A stretch of 64,000 bases of DNA, taken from Carcharhinus longimanus (Eukaryota). The notes under the pieces are model-generated. The model did no database searches. It saw only the letters and a list, made by a program, of their open reading frames with translations, and was not told the DNA's origin. Below, piece after piece: positions 25,946 to 38,959 of this stretch; the first letter of the stretch is position 1; every line of letters begins with the position of its first letter. A program made the translations under genes and the position numbers. The stretch covers positions 85,883,898-85,947,897 of the forward strand of contig JASCQW010000043.1 in the NCBI GenBank assembly GCA_030264375.1, in the 5' to 3' direction.

Positions 25946-26349
25946 ATCACTTGTGTCCTCTCCAGCACAGGAATTTTGGGACTAGAATAATTGGATATAT
26001 ATTGGTACTGTTGATTTAGCGCAGCTGTCAAGCCAGAAAATAAAGTGTTGCTGGTGATAACAGTGTTCTAGTTAATGACAGTAGAAAAACCACATCCAAA
26101 AAAAAATCAAGCTGTGACTGATTTTCCCCATGGTGCTCAGTATGGATCTCCAAGTGCTTTTCTTACAAACATATCACATTCTCCTGGATCCAGAAATCCT
26201 CTTGTATTTCTAGAAAGGTCACTTGCTGTACCCTGAGTAAAATTATATTCTATTTGAGAAGAAGAACTGTGCTTTAGGGATGGATTCAGATTAAATCTCA
26301 GGGTTATAAAGTGACCTTTCGAACTCTGTTGGGTGGAATCTTGTTAAGT

Positions 26350-26657
26350 GCAGTATGGTTGTGCGACGGTTAGCACTGCTGCCACACAGCGCCAGGGGCC
26401 CGGGTTCTATTCTCGGCTTGGGTCACTGTCTGTGCAGAGTTTGCATGTTCTCCTCAGGTCTGCATGGTTTTCCTCTGAATCCTCCAGTTTCCTCCTACAG
26501 TCCGAAAGATGTGCTGGTTAGATGCATTGGCCAAGCTAAATTCTCCCTCAGTGTACCCGAACAGACACCGGAGTATGGCTACTAGGGGATTTTCACAGTA
26601 ATTTCATTGCAGTATTAATGTAAACCTAACTGTGGCACTAATAGATAAATTTAAACT
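26350..26657 (+). mobile_element. HE1/V-SINE, alternative-tail subfamily
   Basis: Same head and V domain, tail CTCCCTCAGTGTACCCGAACAG...ACTAATAGATAAATTTAAAC. Confidence 0.9.
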
Positions 26658-26659
26658 TC

Positions 26660-27420
26660 TGTTCTCACCAGTGGCAAGCTTGGAGGCAGGAATGGCATAT
26701 CATTTGGTGGGATGGTCGTGTACCGGAACCCTTCGCTCTTCTGCCCCTGTCAGGATTAAGTTCTGGGCGGGAAGACCTATGGTTAACTTTCCCATCCTGC
26801 TGCCTATTGAGATCCTTAAGTGACCAATTAATAACCATTTTGTCTCAGCAGGTATTAACCCAGTGATAGGCAGGTTTGTCAACATTCAACGTGGCTGACA
26901 GGCAAATTGTGTGGCCAATTTGTCACCACGAGGTGGTGATGGGAGGGGACTGGGCATGGGCATGATCAAGGATACTTAGGTCCTCATCAAGGGGGACTGG
27001 GGTCATCAAGAAGTAGGGGGTGGAGGTGGGGTGGGGCACCTCGCTCAGAGCTACACTGCTATCCTTGTTGCTGACTGTTGTACATCCCTTTGCCTGCAGT
27101 TCCTAACCCACTAAACCCCTTCTCCCCACACTATCTGATTGTAGCCTGGATCTCTCCGTTATCCTGGGACTCCAATACCTGTCCTCCCGGTAGCAGACAT
27201 GATTTCTCCAGTGGCAGTGCTGAGTACAAAAGCTACCAGCATCCAATTGGCCAGCCTTTCTCAGTCAGCAAGAATTCCACTCAGGGGTCTTGATTCCTGG
27301 GGCAAACCCACTGCCGGCCTTTGCCACTGCTTGATTGGCACATGGTTTGATGAGCCTTCCCGGAAGAAGACAGCGTGGGTCAGGCAGGAGCCCCTGATGC
27401 CTCAGAAAAATTCCACACAT
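26660..27420. mobile_element. Old non-autonomous DNA-transposon-like repeat
   Basis: GC-rich body with CCTTAAGTGACCAATTAA-type motifs; loosely related sequence at 29130-29790 and 45040-45760. Confidence 0.45.
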
Positions 27421-28232
27421 TGTTTCAACAATCTTCTTTGCAATATGCTGTTCACATTGCTTGTTGCCATCAACAACAGGGCAATAGGAACCAAACTCTT
27501 CATCAAAATGCCAACCCAGTTCTTACACCATCTTTGAATAGATTTCCTTTGCTCCTGCTCCCTCATTCTACAATCTTTTTCACACCTTTTCATGTCAGCG
27601 TTTTCACACTGATTCTTTTGTTTTGCCGTTGCAGCCATTTTCTCATCCTGCTTTATCTTCCTCAAGTGCCTCGCTGTTCATCCTATTTTGTTCAATCATT
27701 TGTTCCTCTCATATTTCTAAATAACCTTGTACTCTTCTCCCTGTCAGATCACTTTCTCACACGGGATTATCTATGCTTGGAAAGGACTCATGAACAAAAG
27801 GTCAGTCACACCCTCACTTTCTCCTATCGGTTTACACTCCAGGATAACCTGCTGTGCCATTATCAATGTGTGGTTTTCCATTTTCCATTTTATATTTCAT
27901 AATGGCCATTTATTTAACACAAAAAGAAAGGCTTTGCTGACATTGCAGAACATATAAGATCAGTTTAAAATATAGGTGAAAGACCTGCTTAACAACAAAA
28001 TATCAATAGCTTTTTCAAGAAGTTCCCATTATATAACAAATAATATTCCACATAACTTGGAGCTTGCAAAAAAAGATTTAATCCTGTACAGTTTAGTCCC
28101 TTTACTAAGGTTGATTTATCAATGTATTCTCCAATTATGCAAAGCGTCTCAATGTACATTGTACATTTTTGATGTTTAAATGTAAATGATCAATTGTTTT
28201 CTCAATTTGTGGAGAAAGCCATGTTTCTGCCA

Positions 28233-28389
28233 TGATGTGGAGATGCCGGCGTTGGACTGGGGTAAACACAGTAAGAAGTCTGACAACACCAGGTTTAAGT
28301 CCAACCGATTTATTTGATAGTGAATTAACTTGTGAGTTTACTACCAAATAAATCGGTTGGACTTAAACCTGGTGGTGTCAGACTTCTTA
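28233..28389. mobile_element. Hairpin Penelope-derived insertion with perfect 13 bp TSD
   Basis: CATGTTTCTGCCA at 28220-28232 and 28390-28402; ~56 bp arms (28271-28326 / 28335-28390) with about 4 mismatches. Confidence 0.9.
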
Positions 28390-30551
28390 CATGTTTCTGC
28401 CAACAGGGGGCAGTTGAAGGCCACTTAATGCAGCGAGACTAGAAACCTGCAGAGTGATGTAGCGACTGTAGGAAAACATTGCTGCACTGGACAATTATAC
28501 TCCAGGGACCAGGCTCTGAAATGCATTTGCAATCAGTTTATCATAATTATTCATTCCAGTCATTAGCAATGACCGTTTACGCTGTGACCTTATTCTGAAA
28601 AATGTTCCCCAACCTTTTGGTCCTGATACGACAATTTACCTCTTGTAGTTACTGTAGATGGTTTGATCATTGATAATGAATAACAAAGAGACTGTCAAAT
28701 ATACACTTTACAGCTATTGCGAAAATGCTTCATAATTGGGTAGTTAAGGAAATCACGGAAAAAGAGTACAAAACAGCTATAAATAATTTAATTACCATTT
28801 CTATGAGGTCTTTTTTAGATTCTTGACTCAGAGATGTGACTGGGTGTCTAATAGGGAAGGAACTATTATCTGAAATGCAACTAATTGCAGTATTTGTGGC
28901 ACAGCATTCTCTCTCATTCCGAAGATGGATATAAAAAAAAGGCTTGCCACCCCGATAAGTGATTCTTCTCTCACTTCCAATTTCATTTCCTCCATTGAAA
29001 CTCTTCCTGCATTGTTCCGTCCTATTGATATTACTATATTCAGTGCTCCTCTATATTTTTGAACACACTTCTTCCTGTATGCTTACACCTCCTTGTATCT
29101 ACCTCAATGTGTTGAGAATCAGACTCACTGCTGGAATGTCAACTCCTGCAGGGGCCAAAGGGTCACTTATGCTAAAAATAGCCCCGCCAACCAGCGTGCG
29201 AGTCACCAGGCTCTATCTCAGCCATTTATGTGGAGGCGGAATGGTGGGCTTTTTAGCAGGGCTATTCACTAGTATGTAGCCTGTTGTCAAGGGCTCAATT
29301 AGAGCCCAATGAGGATATTTAAAGAAGGCTGATGGAGGATTTCTAGATTTCTGCAGATGACAGGCAGCTAGTACCTCAAAAGAATCTCTCAGCCGCAGGT
29401 GGGAGGGGAGAGTGCAAGGAAAGGAGGAGGGACATGTACTAGGCAGTCCAAGAGGCCCTCCCAGCCTGCCAGGGCAATGCAGCAGCAGTAGTGACCTGTC
29501 CACAAGACTGTTTTATATTTAAAATGTTTGGAGAGGGAGAGAGGGGTTCTCGATTTTGAAGCATCCTCTCCACTTTGTTGCAGACTGCTGCTCCTTTAAA
29601 CTGGAAACGCCCTGTTTGGCTCTCCAACGTTGAGAGACAGCCTGCCATTGTCAATTGGACAGCAAGCTCTCCTTTTGTCCATTGATTAATCCCCATCTTG
29701 AAAACTGGAGCCTAGAATGTTTGCCCCAGGGGCGTGTTTGGAACTCAAGAAACAGTCCCGACCTCCTTCCCCTCAGAGGGGAAATCTAGCCCTAATACAT
29801 TCTTTCCTAGGTCCCCACAATTATGGAACTCCCGTCTCCAACAATGTGACAAACTTTAAAAATGTAACGTTGGTCTCAATAAGCGATGTTCTCCTGGCCT
29901 TTTCTACTCTTTCCAACCTGGTGATGTCCTGCTCTATAAACCTTAGGCTTTCAGTTGGGTTTGTCAATGTAAAAGGAGTAAAAAGAAGCTATTTGAATAC
30001 ATGAGAAATGTTTGGATTCATAATGTCACAAACTACGAGAGTTTTATTCTGATTCATCACTCACTCTATGTACTTTTGAGATACATAATCTACTTAATCT
30101 GAAATACCTTTCACACAATCTTTTTTAAAGGATAATGCCATGCTGACCACTTAGAAGGTAGAATCACCACCCAATTAATCATCTACCATGGGATTTTTGT
30201 CTTAAAATGCTATCCTACTCTGAGTATTGAATTTCCCCCACAACTTGCATCGCGAATACATTTTCCATTCGATAACATCTTTGAAAAATGATATTCTTTA
30301 CGTGTCTAGTGCTGAATATTATAATGTTAAATTACAGGAATATTTGCCACTGGTAAACACATCATTCATAGACGAAGGGTAAAAATAGAGATAAAAAGAA
30401 AATGCTGGAAATTTGAAATGAAAACACAAATTCTTGAAATGCATGGCAGGGTCATCTGTACTTTGAAGAGATAGCCAAAACTTTTACATTTCAGACATAA
30501 TCTTTTCTAAAAATACAATGGGATAAAATAATTGTCCTTTTCCAGACACAG

Positions 30552-30778
30552 GGGCTGGTATTTTACCAGCTTAGGCTAGGCTTATTAAATTCTGCCCGAG
30601 GCCAATAGAGAATTCTGTCCTGCGAGCCTCACCCACCCCAGAATCGGTACAATGCTGGCTCAAGGGTGAAATTTTAGCCCCAGGAATCTTAGTAGGTGGG
30701 ACAGGACCACACAAAATCCTGTTGACCTCGGGCAGGATTTTCTGATCTTGGGGTAAGCACGGTCAGAAATTCCCGCCC
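30552..30778. mobile_element. Two adjacent Harbinger-type MITEs (one complete, one partial)
   Basis: 30552-30680 GGGCTGGTATTTT / AAATTTTAGCCC with CAG/CAG flanks; partial copy 30692-30778. Confidence 0.78.
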
Positions 30779-32132
30779 AGAATGCTTATCACTTTTCAGA
30801 ACACACACCTGATCACATAGACCAGCTAAAGTGTTGAATTGGTCCCCATGCCAAATTTGAATGGGAGACAAAAGCTGCAGTGCTACTTCATTGTAGCTAG
30901 TTAGCACTCCTTACCTGTGCATGGCTGGGGCTTTGGGGAGCATTGTATAGAAAAATGTTGATGACATTTAAAGGCTGTGACCAGGCATGAATTGGCCATG
31001 AACACCAAAGCCCCCGTCATTGAATTTGTCCCTATCAATTATCTCCACCAGAATCTCTGACTCTCCCCTTGACCTCCATATGAACTCTCCCAAACTCCTG
31101 ATCTCCAACTGCCTTCTGATATCTCCCTGATCACCTGTGATTTTTAACCCTCCCCATGATAAGCCCCAGACCTTCCCCTACCACACTGTCTCCATTATCT
31201 CCACTTTCCCAGGATGTCTACCCCAATAACCACGAAGTCTAACATTTCCTTAGCTGCAATTGTGCTGCAGGATTTTCCTGCTGGGATACTGCTTGTCTTC
31301 ATAGATGAATTGGAGATTCAGCAGATAACTGTCCTTGCAGATGCAGATAAGTCTTAATTGCTGGAAGGAATATGTGGTGCTAAGTGCAGTCTGCTACATC
31401 TCGTAGCTATGGATATTCAATTATTCTGGAAAATCCCAAAGGTGTTTTCATGCTTGGGAGCCTCCAAGGGGTAGGTGCTGAATTATTGCCACCTCATAAA
31501 TAGTACATCTGATCTCTGATTGCCCAATGCATGCGCAGAAAACTAAATAATGTTTTTGATACCCCCTGAAGGAGTCAGGCATAATTTATACCTATATCAC
31601 CACTAGTTATGCCTTGGTACTCAACTCCAATAAATGTCGGAGTTTGCGACAGAACTCAATATCTATATTGTTTCTGAAGCACAGCTGCTTCAGAAACAAA
31701 CTGCTCTCTGTTTGGTTCAGGTATGCAAATGTGCGTCTGAAACTACATGCCATAATGCTTCTTAAGTTCTTCCCTTGTTTGCCCTGGTCTAGAAAATATC
31801 AAGCAGTTCAACAGTAGTCCGAATGACACCCACATGTTACAGGACAGCACCGAATGTTGATAAAGGCTGTATTGCTTTTCAAAATCATTCCACAGAACTA
31901 CTGGTCTAGTCACCCAAACAAATTTTAAAATTGATCTTAGTGAACTGAGGATTCTTTAAATATCACTCGAGCAGCCTTCCTATTGGCTTTGAATGCCCAA
32001 CTTTTCTGGGCATGGTTAGGAATGAACAAATTGTGTTCTTCCAGACACCCATTTCACAAAACAGGTCCAGATTGCTAACATATTTTAAATGAAGTCAGTG
32101 TGAATGAAATTCGTCCAATGTATTCCTTTTTT

Positions 32133-34545
32133 AAATTCGCTCATGAGATGGGGCCATTGTTGGCTAGACCGATATTTATTGCCCAACTCTAATTGCCCTT
32201 GACTAGGTGATGGTGAGTTGCCTTCTTGAACTGCTGGTGTCCATGTGGAGGGAGAGAGTTCCGGGGTGATACTTTTCCAAGTCAGGGTGATGTGTGTGAC
32301 TTGGGTGAGTGGGATTTACAGATGTTGATGTTCCTGTGTTTCTGCTGCCAATGTCCTTCTAGATAGTTGCGATCATGGTTTGGAAGTTGTTGTTGTGAAG
32401 TAAAGGGTATTATTTTTAACATTTTAGGGTTTATTATGTTATTTGGTGAAGCAGATTTCTGATTGTGCTTGTGTATCTATGTAAGACTAATTTAAGTAAG
32501 CTGAGGTCTGTTTGTCTGCAGGGTGAGAACGTTAACAAATTCTATGTGTCAAGGCATGCACCAGAAGTATATATAGTCAAGATTTTTAATAGATTAAATA
32601 TCTGTGAGAGTTGTTACCTAAATACATTTTTATTTATGAGTCTAACCAAGTAGGAAATCTCTTTGGGGGAAAATTCTGTAAGAGGAATTATAATTTTGTA
32701 AATGCAGTATTGTGTGCTTAAGTTTTCTTTTCTTTTTATTCAAACATTTATTAACAATATTTACAGCCTCCAAAAGTATTACAGGAATATGTGGTTTCTG
32801 ACTTCAGTATGTGTATCTCTTTGTGATAAAATACAACAAGCAAAGAGTTGTGATAGCTTGCCAAATTTCCCTTTTGGATTTGCTTTGCACAGTACTTATC
32901 ACTGACAAGATTATAACACTGTTGAAGGAGCCTTATTGAGTTGCTGCAGTGAATCTAGTAGATGACAGACACTGCTGCCACTATGTGTTGGTAGTGGTTA
33001 AGGTGTGGATGGAGTGCCAACCAAGTCGGTTGTTTTATCCCAAATAGTTTTGAACTTCTTGTGTGACTTTGGGGCTGTACTCACCCAGGCAAGTGTACAA
33101 TATTCCAGCATACTCCTACCTTATGCCTTTTAGATAGTGGACAGATTTTGAGAAATCATGAAGTGAGATAATCATCATATAATTCCCAGCCTCCAATTTG
33201 CTCTGGTAGCCATGGTATTTATAGTTGGTGTAGTTCAATTTCTGGTCAATGATAAACCACAGGATAATGCCACTGAATGTCAGGGGGAGATGGTTAGATT
33301 CTCCCTTGGAGATTATTAATTCTTGGCATTTGTGTGACACAAATGTTTTTGCCACTTACCAGCCGAAGTCTGAATATTGTCCAGGTCTTGCTGCATATGG
33401 ACACAATCTGCTCAGTTTCTGAAGAGCTGCAAATAGTGTTGATCATTGTGCAATCATCCATTAACATCCTACCTCTGACTTTCTGATGATGGAAGGCCAT
33501 TGGTGAAGCAGCTGAAAATGGTTAGGTCTTGGGCACTACCCTGAGGAATTCTTGCTCCCATGACTTGTGGTTGGGATGATTGACCTCCACAACCACAATC
33601 ATGTCTCTTTGTGCCTGGTATGACTCCAACCAGCAAGGGTTTCCCCCTTGACTTCCATTGACTCCAGATTTACTAGGGCTCCTTGATGTCACACTTGGTC
33701 AAATGCTGCCTTGAGGTTGAGGCAGTCACTCTCATCTCACCTCTGGTATTCAGCACTTTGAGGGGGGTTTGGACTAAGATCAGTAGCTGAAAGGCCCTGG
33801 TGGAACCCAACCTGAGCGTTAGNNNNNNNNNNNNNNNNNNNNNNNNNNNNNNNNNNNNNNNNNNNNNNNNNNNNNNNNNNNNNNNNNNNNNNNNNNNNNN
33901 NNNNNNNNNNNNNNNNNNNNNNNTGGAACCCAACCTGAGCGTTAGTGAGCAGGTTATGGCTATGTAAGGGGGTAGCATTGTCGCTGACCCCTTCCAGCAC
34001 TTTGCTGATGATTGAGAGAAGACTAAGAGTAGATTGGCCAGCTTGTTTTTTTCTTTGTTTTTGCGGACAAAACACACCACCTGGACAATTTTCCATATTG
34101 CCGGACAGACACCAATGTTGTAGCTGCACTCGAACAGCTTGGCTTGGGGCTCAGCAAGTTCTGGAGCACAAGTCTTCTGTACTGTTGTTGGCATAGCCTT
34201 TGTAGTATCCAATGCCTTCAGCTACTTCTTGATATCATGTGGAGTGAATGGATTTGATTGATGGACGTTGGGGATCCCAGGAGCACACAGAGATGGGATT
34301 TTAACCCAGAACATCTGGCTGAAGGTGTTTGCAAATGCTTCAAACTTGCCTTTTGCACTGATGTGCTGGACTCCCACATCATTGAGAATCAGGATACTTG
34401 TGGAGCGTTCTCATGCTGTTAGTTGTTTAACTGTCCACCACCACTGATGACTGAATGTGGCAGAACTGTAGGGCTTAGATCTGATCTGTTGGTTGTGAGA
34501 TCGCTCAGCTCTGTATATTGTGTGCTGCTTTTGCTGTTTGGCATT
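32133..34545 (-). mobile_element. CR1-clade LINE (second family), RT region to 3' end
   Basis: KTCAPELAEPQAKLF..PAIWKIVQV..SLLSIISKVLEG..QVGF; 3' end shared with the SINE at 22766. Confidence 0.88.
32394..32918 (+). mobile_element. Solo LTR inserted in the LINE
   Basis: TGTGA...TATAACA termini, flanks TTGT/CTGT, LINE sequence co-linear on both sides. Confidence 0.7.
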
Positions 34546-35374
34546 CAAGGCAGATTGTTGAAATGCAGATGCATTATTTTTGTAGAAAACCATCAAGTTG
34601 TTTTTTTAAAATGCGTGTCAACAAACTAAACATCACATTAAGGAAAAACAAGCTGGAATCTTTTCATACTTCAGATTATTTTAAAACTTAATTGTTGATG
34701 CGTGAGGCCAGAATCAAATCAATGCTTGATGCATGTTTTATCAAGGGGACAATTGCTATGTTTTATTTTAGTGCAAGAAAAGGTTACATGTTGCTCAGAA
34801 AAATTGTGCTTGCCTTCGAGAAATTGTTGACAATAGACAAAGTTTACCATTACTGTGCGTGTGAGAAAGGAATAATAATAATCTGTCAAACCTCAATCTT
34901 CTGCAATGGATCTCAGAAGCTTTTGGATAGAAAGCACTCTCTCTGGAATTACTTTCTAGTAACAACGTTGTCAGGCACTTCATTTTTTCCCCTTATGTCG
35001 TTGAATGAAATGAGCAGTATTTTCAGTGGTAGGGCTGTTGTGAGTTATACACAATGTACGATTGTCAAAAATTGGCAAAATAATCATATTCCAACTGCTT
35101 CATTTATGAACATACGTATTAAGAACTTTTGGAAAAAAAGCAACTGAGAGCGTTTGACACAGAGGTTGCTGCAAATGGTTACTTACATTCCTGTGATGCT
35201 CGTAAAATTCTTCAATACGGTTGGTCCCATCTTTTGAGGTAATTTGTCTGCGAACCCCGTTCAATTATTGGAAAAGCCATGAACAGCCAACATTCCCCTG
35301 AATGCCTGCAATTCCAGTCGATGAAAATAACTCACATTAGGTGAGAAATAAGTTGTATCAGCACATTTTGTTTT

Positions 35375-35565
35375 GCAGTTTGTTTTTGTAATGTCCTTCC
35401 CACAAAGTTCGCATGGGTAATAACAACGAGATGAATATCTAAATCCTGTTTTGGTGAGGTTTTTTGACGACTGAAGGCTGGCCAGACGGAAAGAGGGTTG
35501 CCCTTCTTCAAATCGTACCATTGGATCTTTGATATCCTCTTGAATAATTAGTTTAACATCGACTT
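35375..35565 (-). mobile_element. Deu-domain SINE-like remnant (SacSINE1/AmnSINE1-like)
   Basis: CTTCTTCAAATCGTACCATTGGATCTTTGATATCC...GTTTAACATC resembles the recalled Deu-SINE core; highly diverged. Confidence 0.5.
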
Positions 35566-35969
35566 TTTGACATTAAGGCAGGAGGCTTGGTTGGGGAATC
35601 TCGCCGAATTAGCAGACCCGTCTCATTTAAATGGGCCCCCACCCTGTTACATTTTCATTCTGGGGCAGCTAGAGGAAGGATGGAGTTGGACCCCTCTCTC
35701 AGACATTTCAGGAGGTGGGCAAGTGCTAAGGTGCATCGAGTAGCAATTTCCTACTTTAACCCAGTATATAAAACCTGTTAGGCACTCACCCCACAGTTCA
35801 TACCACCTCCATGCTTCTTCACATACCTCATGCTCATTTTTATCCTCCTCATTCTCCCCATGCCATTCTTCCTCTTAGCCACTCATTCAGTATCCACCAT
35901 AGGCAGACATCAGAAGCCATCAAGAATGGGAAAGAATTAAACTTCTAACAATCTAAGAAAGCTCTCACT

Positions 35970-36278
35970 ACGGGGGGACTTTAAACTAGAAAGGATGGGG
36001 GGAGGGAACTGTGATGGGGAAACTGGGACGGAGGAGGTTCGCTCCCANNNNNNNNNNNNNNNNNNNNNNNNNNNNNNNNNNNNNNNNNNNNNNNNNNNNN
36101 NNNNNNNNNNNNNNNNNNNNNNNNNNNNNNNNNNNNNNNNNNNNNNNCTTCTGGATGAGTATATGGGGTTTAATGAGATTGAGGGTTATAGATAGGTCTG
36201 TAGGTTGGTAGGTGTTGACGTGATAGGCGCAACTCGTGGGCCGAAGGGCCTGTTTGTGCTGTAGTGTTCTATGTTCTA
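35970..36278 (+). mobile_element. CR1 LINE whose body is probably collapsed into the N gap
   Basis: CGGGGGGACTTTAAACTAG (ORF1/ORF2 junction-like) before the gap; GGGCCGAAGGGCCTG...TTCTATGTTCTA tail after it. Confidence 0.75.
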
Positions 36279-38069
36279 CACATTTGATAATGAGAACTCT
36301 CCTTCATGAAGCCCATTCAAAAAATGTGAATTCCAAGTGGCCAATCTTTTCTAAATATGAACTTTGATTCACTAATCACATCAAAGACAACTAATTCTTT
36401 ATTGACCTCTTAAAATCACCAGTCAAAGTGTAAACTCAGCATTCCTGTTGAGTTAAGTGTCTTTGGGCTTTTAAAACTCAGGCAAGCATTTGTAATGGGC
36501 TCATCTGTAATAACAACCTGTGAGAAATGTTAACAGTAAAGTCCATCAAAGATTTTTACTGAACTACACCAGATTGCTTATCAGTCATTGCAATCCAGGT
36601 GTGGGTGTTTTCTTCTTATTCTGATAGCTGCAGTTTATTTCTCAGCTTTAAAGATTTGAGATTTTAAATAACTTTTGATCATAATGCTTAAACGGACATT
36701 AACAGTACATGAAGAGTATTTGTGCCTGCTTCATAAAATTGTGGTCCCCACAATGCAGATTAACACTCTTTAAACAATGAAAATGGATTCCATTAAATTG
36801 AGTAATTTTTTTCAAATAATTCTGTTGTATTCAGGTTTTCTACCTATGAGATTTACATCCCATCTCCTCCTTCTTACCAGAGGAAAATGGGATCTCTTTG
36901 GAAATGGGGGTGGGATTTCTGCATCCAAGTCCTGCCATCATTTTCAAAGGCCTCCAGAGCCAGCTCATCACCATGAAAATTCAGCCTCTTTGTGTCTGGA
37001 CTGGGAGTTGAACCCATTTTCTGAGCAGGAGATAAGACTGGATTTTCATGGCCACAACGGGGAACAAATGGACACGGGACTGGAGAAGAATGGCCGCCAC
37101 TGGGTAGGGTGGCTGGAATTCCCACTGTTGTTTGCATCCTCGACAATTTTCATTAAGGTTGTGGATGGAATGGGCCCTGGAACCTACCCATTCCAATTAA
37201 GGAGACAAGTGAGAGTGTTGGATCACTGAGAGCGCATGTCAAATAATTTATTTAAATTTCATGGAGGCGACTGGACTTTAGCCAGCGTGAAGTTTTCAAC
37301 AGCTGTGTGGAGGAATGGAACATGGATTAGAGGTGAGATGAGTTTAATGGGCAAGTAGAATGGTCTCCCCCCACCTCCCTACTCTATTTAGTGTTCAACA
37401 TTAAATGCTGTAGCACTATGACAATGCTGTGATTCAAAGATGTAACTACGCATTAAGCAATGTGTTTGCCAGATGTTACTATGTCAACTGGCAAGTTGTC
37501 AAGTAAAAGGGCAACATTGTAAATGTAGAAAGCTCATCAGATGAGTTTTTTTAAATAGGTTCATTTAATGGATAAAAAGGTGAAGTAAATTTCATTCTAT
37601 CGAAAACATGGCCTAGCATGATCACAAAGTTTAAATATTTCATCTTTTCCCATTGCTTTTATATATTCAGTGTAGACATCTGTTGAGATAGCAGTTCTGA
37701 AGTCTGTTTATTTACTCAGGGAATTTTATGGGCCCATGGCTGTAATACAGCTGCCTAATCATTTTACCAATGCTTGTCTTTGTTTGTGTAGTGGCTTTGA
37801 GGAGTTTGTTTTTGTTATGTATTGTAAATCACTTCATCTCTGTGCAGTGTATCATATGATTATGTGGTGACATCATCAGGGGCCTTGTGGAGATTTTCCC
37901 TGTCTTCCATCCTGGACTGTAAGAAGCAAAACCTATCTAATAAGCCTCCGTAACTTGGTTAAGTAACCCACTGCATGGCAAACTTTTCATTCTTTTATAT
38001 TTGCTGTTCAAGTGAGCTGACCACTTTGATTTTAGAACTGCCTAGACTGCAGAATATATTGCAGTTTTA

Positions 38070-38620
38070 AGACTCTAAGACATAGGAGCAGAAGTAGGCC
38101 ATTCGGACCATCAAGCTTGCTCAGCCATTCACTGAGATTATGACTGATCTGATCATCCTCAACTCCACTTTCGGACCTTATCCCCACAGCCCATGATTCC
38201 CTCACTGATTAAAAATCTGTCTATCTCAGCCTTGGACATACTTAACGAAAAAACCTCCACAGTTCTCCGCGGTGAATAATTCTACAGTTTCACTGCTCTC
38301 TGAGAAAAGGAATTCCTCCCCATCTCTGTCTTAAACAGGCAATGCCCTATTCTGAGATTGTGCCCTCTAGTCCTAGACTCATCCCCAAGAAAAACCATCC
38401 TCTCAACATCTATCCTGCCAAGCCCCCTGAGAACCTTATATGTCTCAATAAGATCATCTTTCATTCTTCTAAGCACCAGTGAGTACAGGCCCAACCTACT
38501 TAGCCTCACCTTGTAAGAAAATATACCTCCAAACCAAAGATCAACCTAGTGAGCCATCTGTGGACTGCCTCAAATATTAGCATATCAGCAGATAAGGAGA
38601 CCAAAGCTGTTCAGTTTTAC
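38070..38620 (-). mobile_element. CR1 LINE 3' fragment
   Basis: RLSRLGLYSLVLRRMKDDLIETYKVLRGL...SRTRGHNLRI...FSQRAVKL. Confidence 0.92.
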
Positions 38621-38959
38621 TCTGAGTTCTATGGGCTATTCAGTGGTTTCCAACAGTTATAATAGGACTTGTAAATTCCGTGTTTAAGGTGGGTAATGGG
38701 TGAGGAAGAGAGGATGAAGACAATTTAAAGTGGTTTGAATCTTCAACCTTATATAAGTGAGCCACTGAATGATTTGCTTGGCTCAGCTACTCAGATAAGT
38801 TCACAGAGCTTAATAATAAAATGAAACTTTATTGAGTGATTATTGTAGAGTTGAAGCATTGCTTGTATGGCTTGTGAATGAATATAAGTTGCCAAGCTTT
38901 GGGCAATTTGAGGGAACAGTCTGAAGTCAATTCACGGTGTAAATGTAAAATATTACCAG

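Noticed and set aside
33799-33945. Direct repeat TGGAACCCAACCTGAGCGTTAG on both sides of an N gap
   Set aside because: Contig-end overlap, an assembly artefact rather than a TSD
35187-35247. Minus-strand exon candidate with GTAAGT donor (QITSKDGTNRIEEFYEHHRN)
   Set aside because: The acceptor lacks a polypyrimidine tract and I recognise no homology
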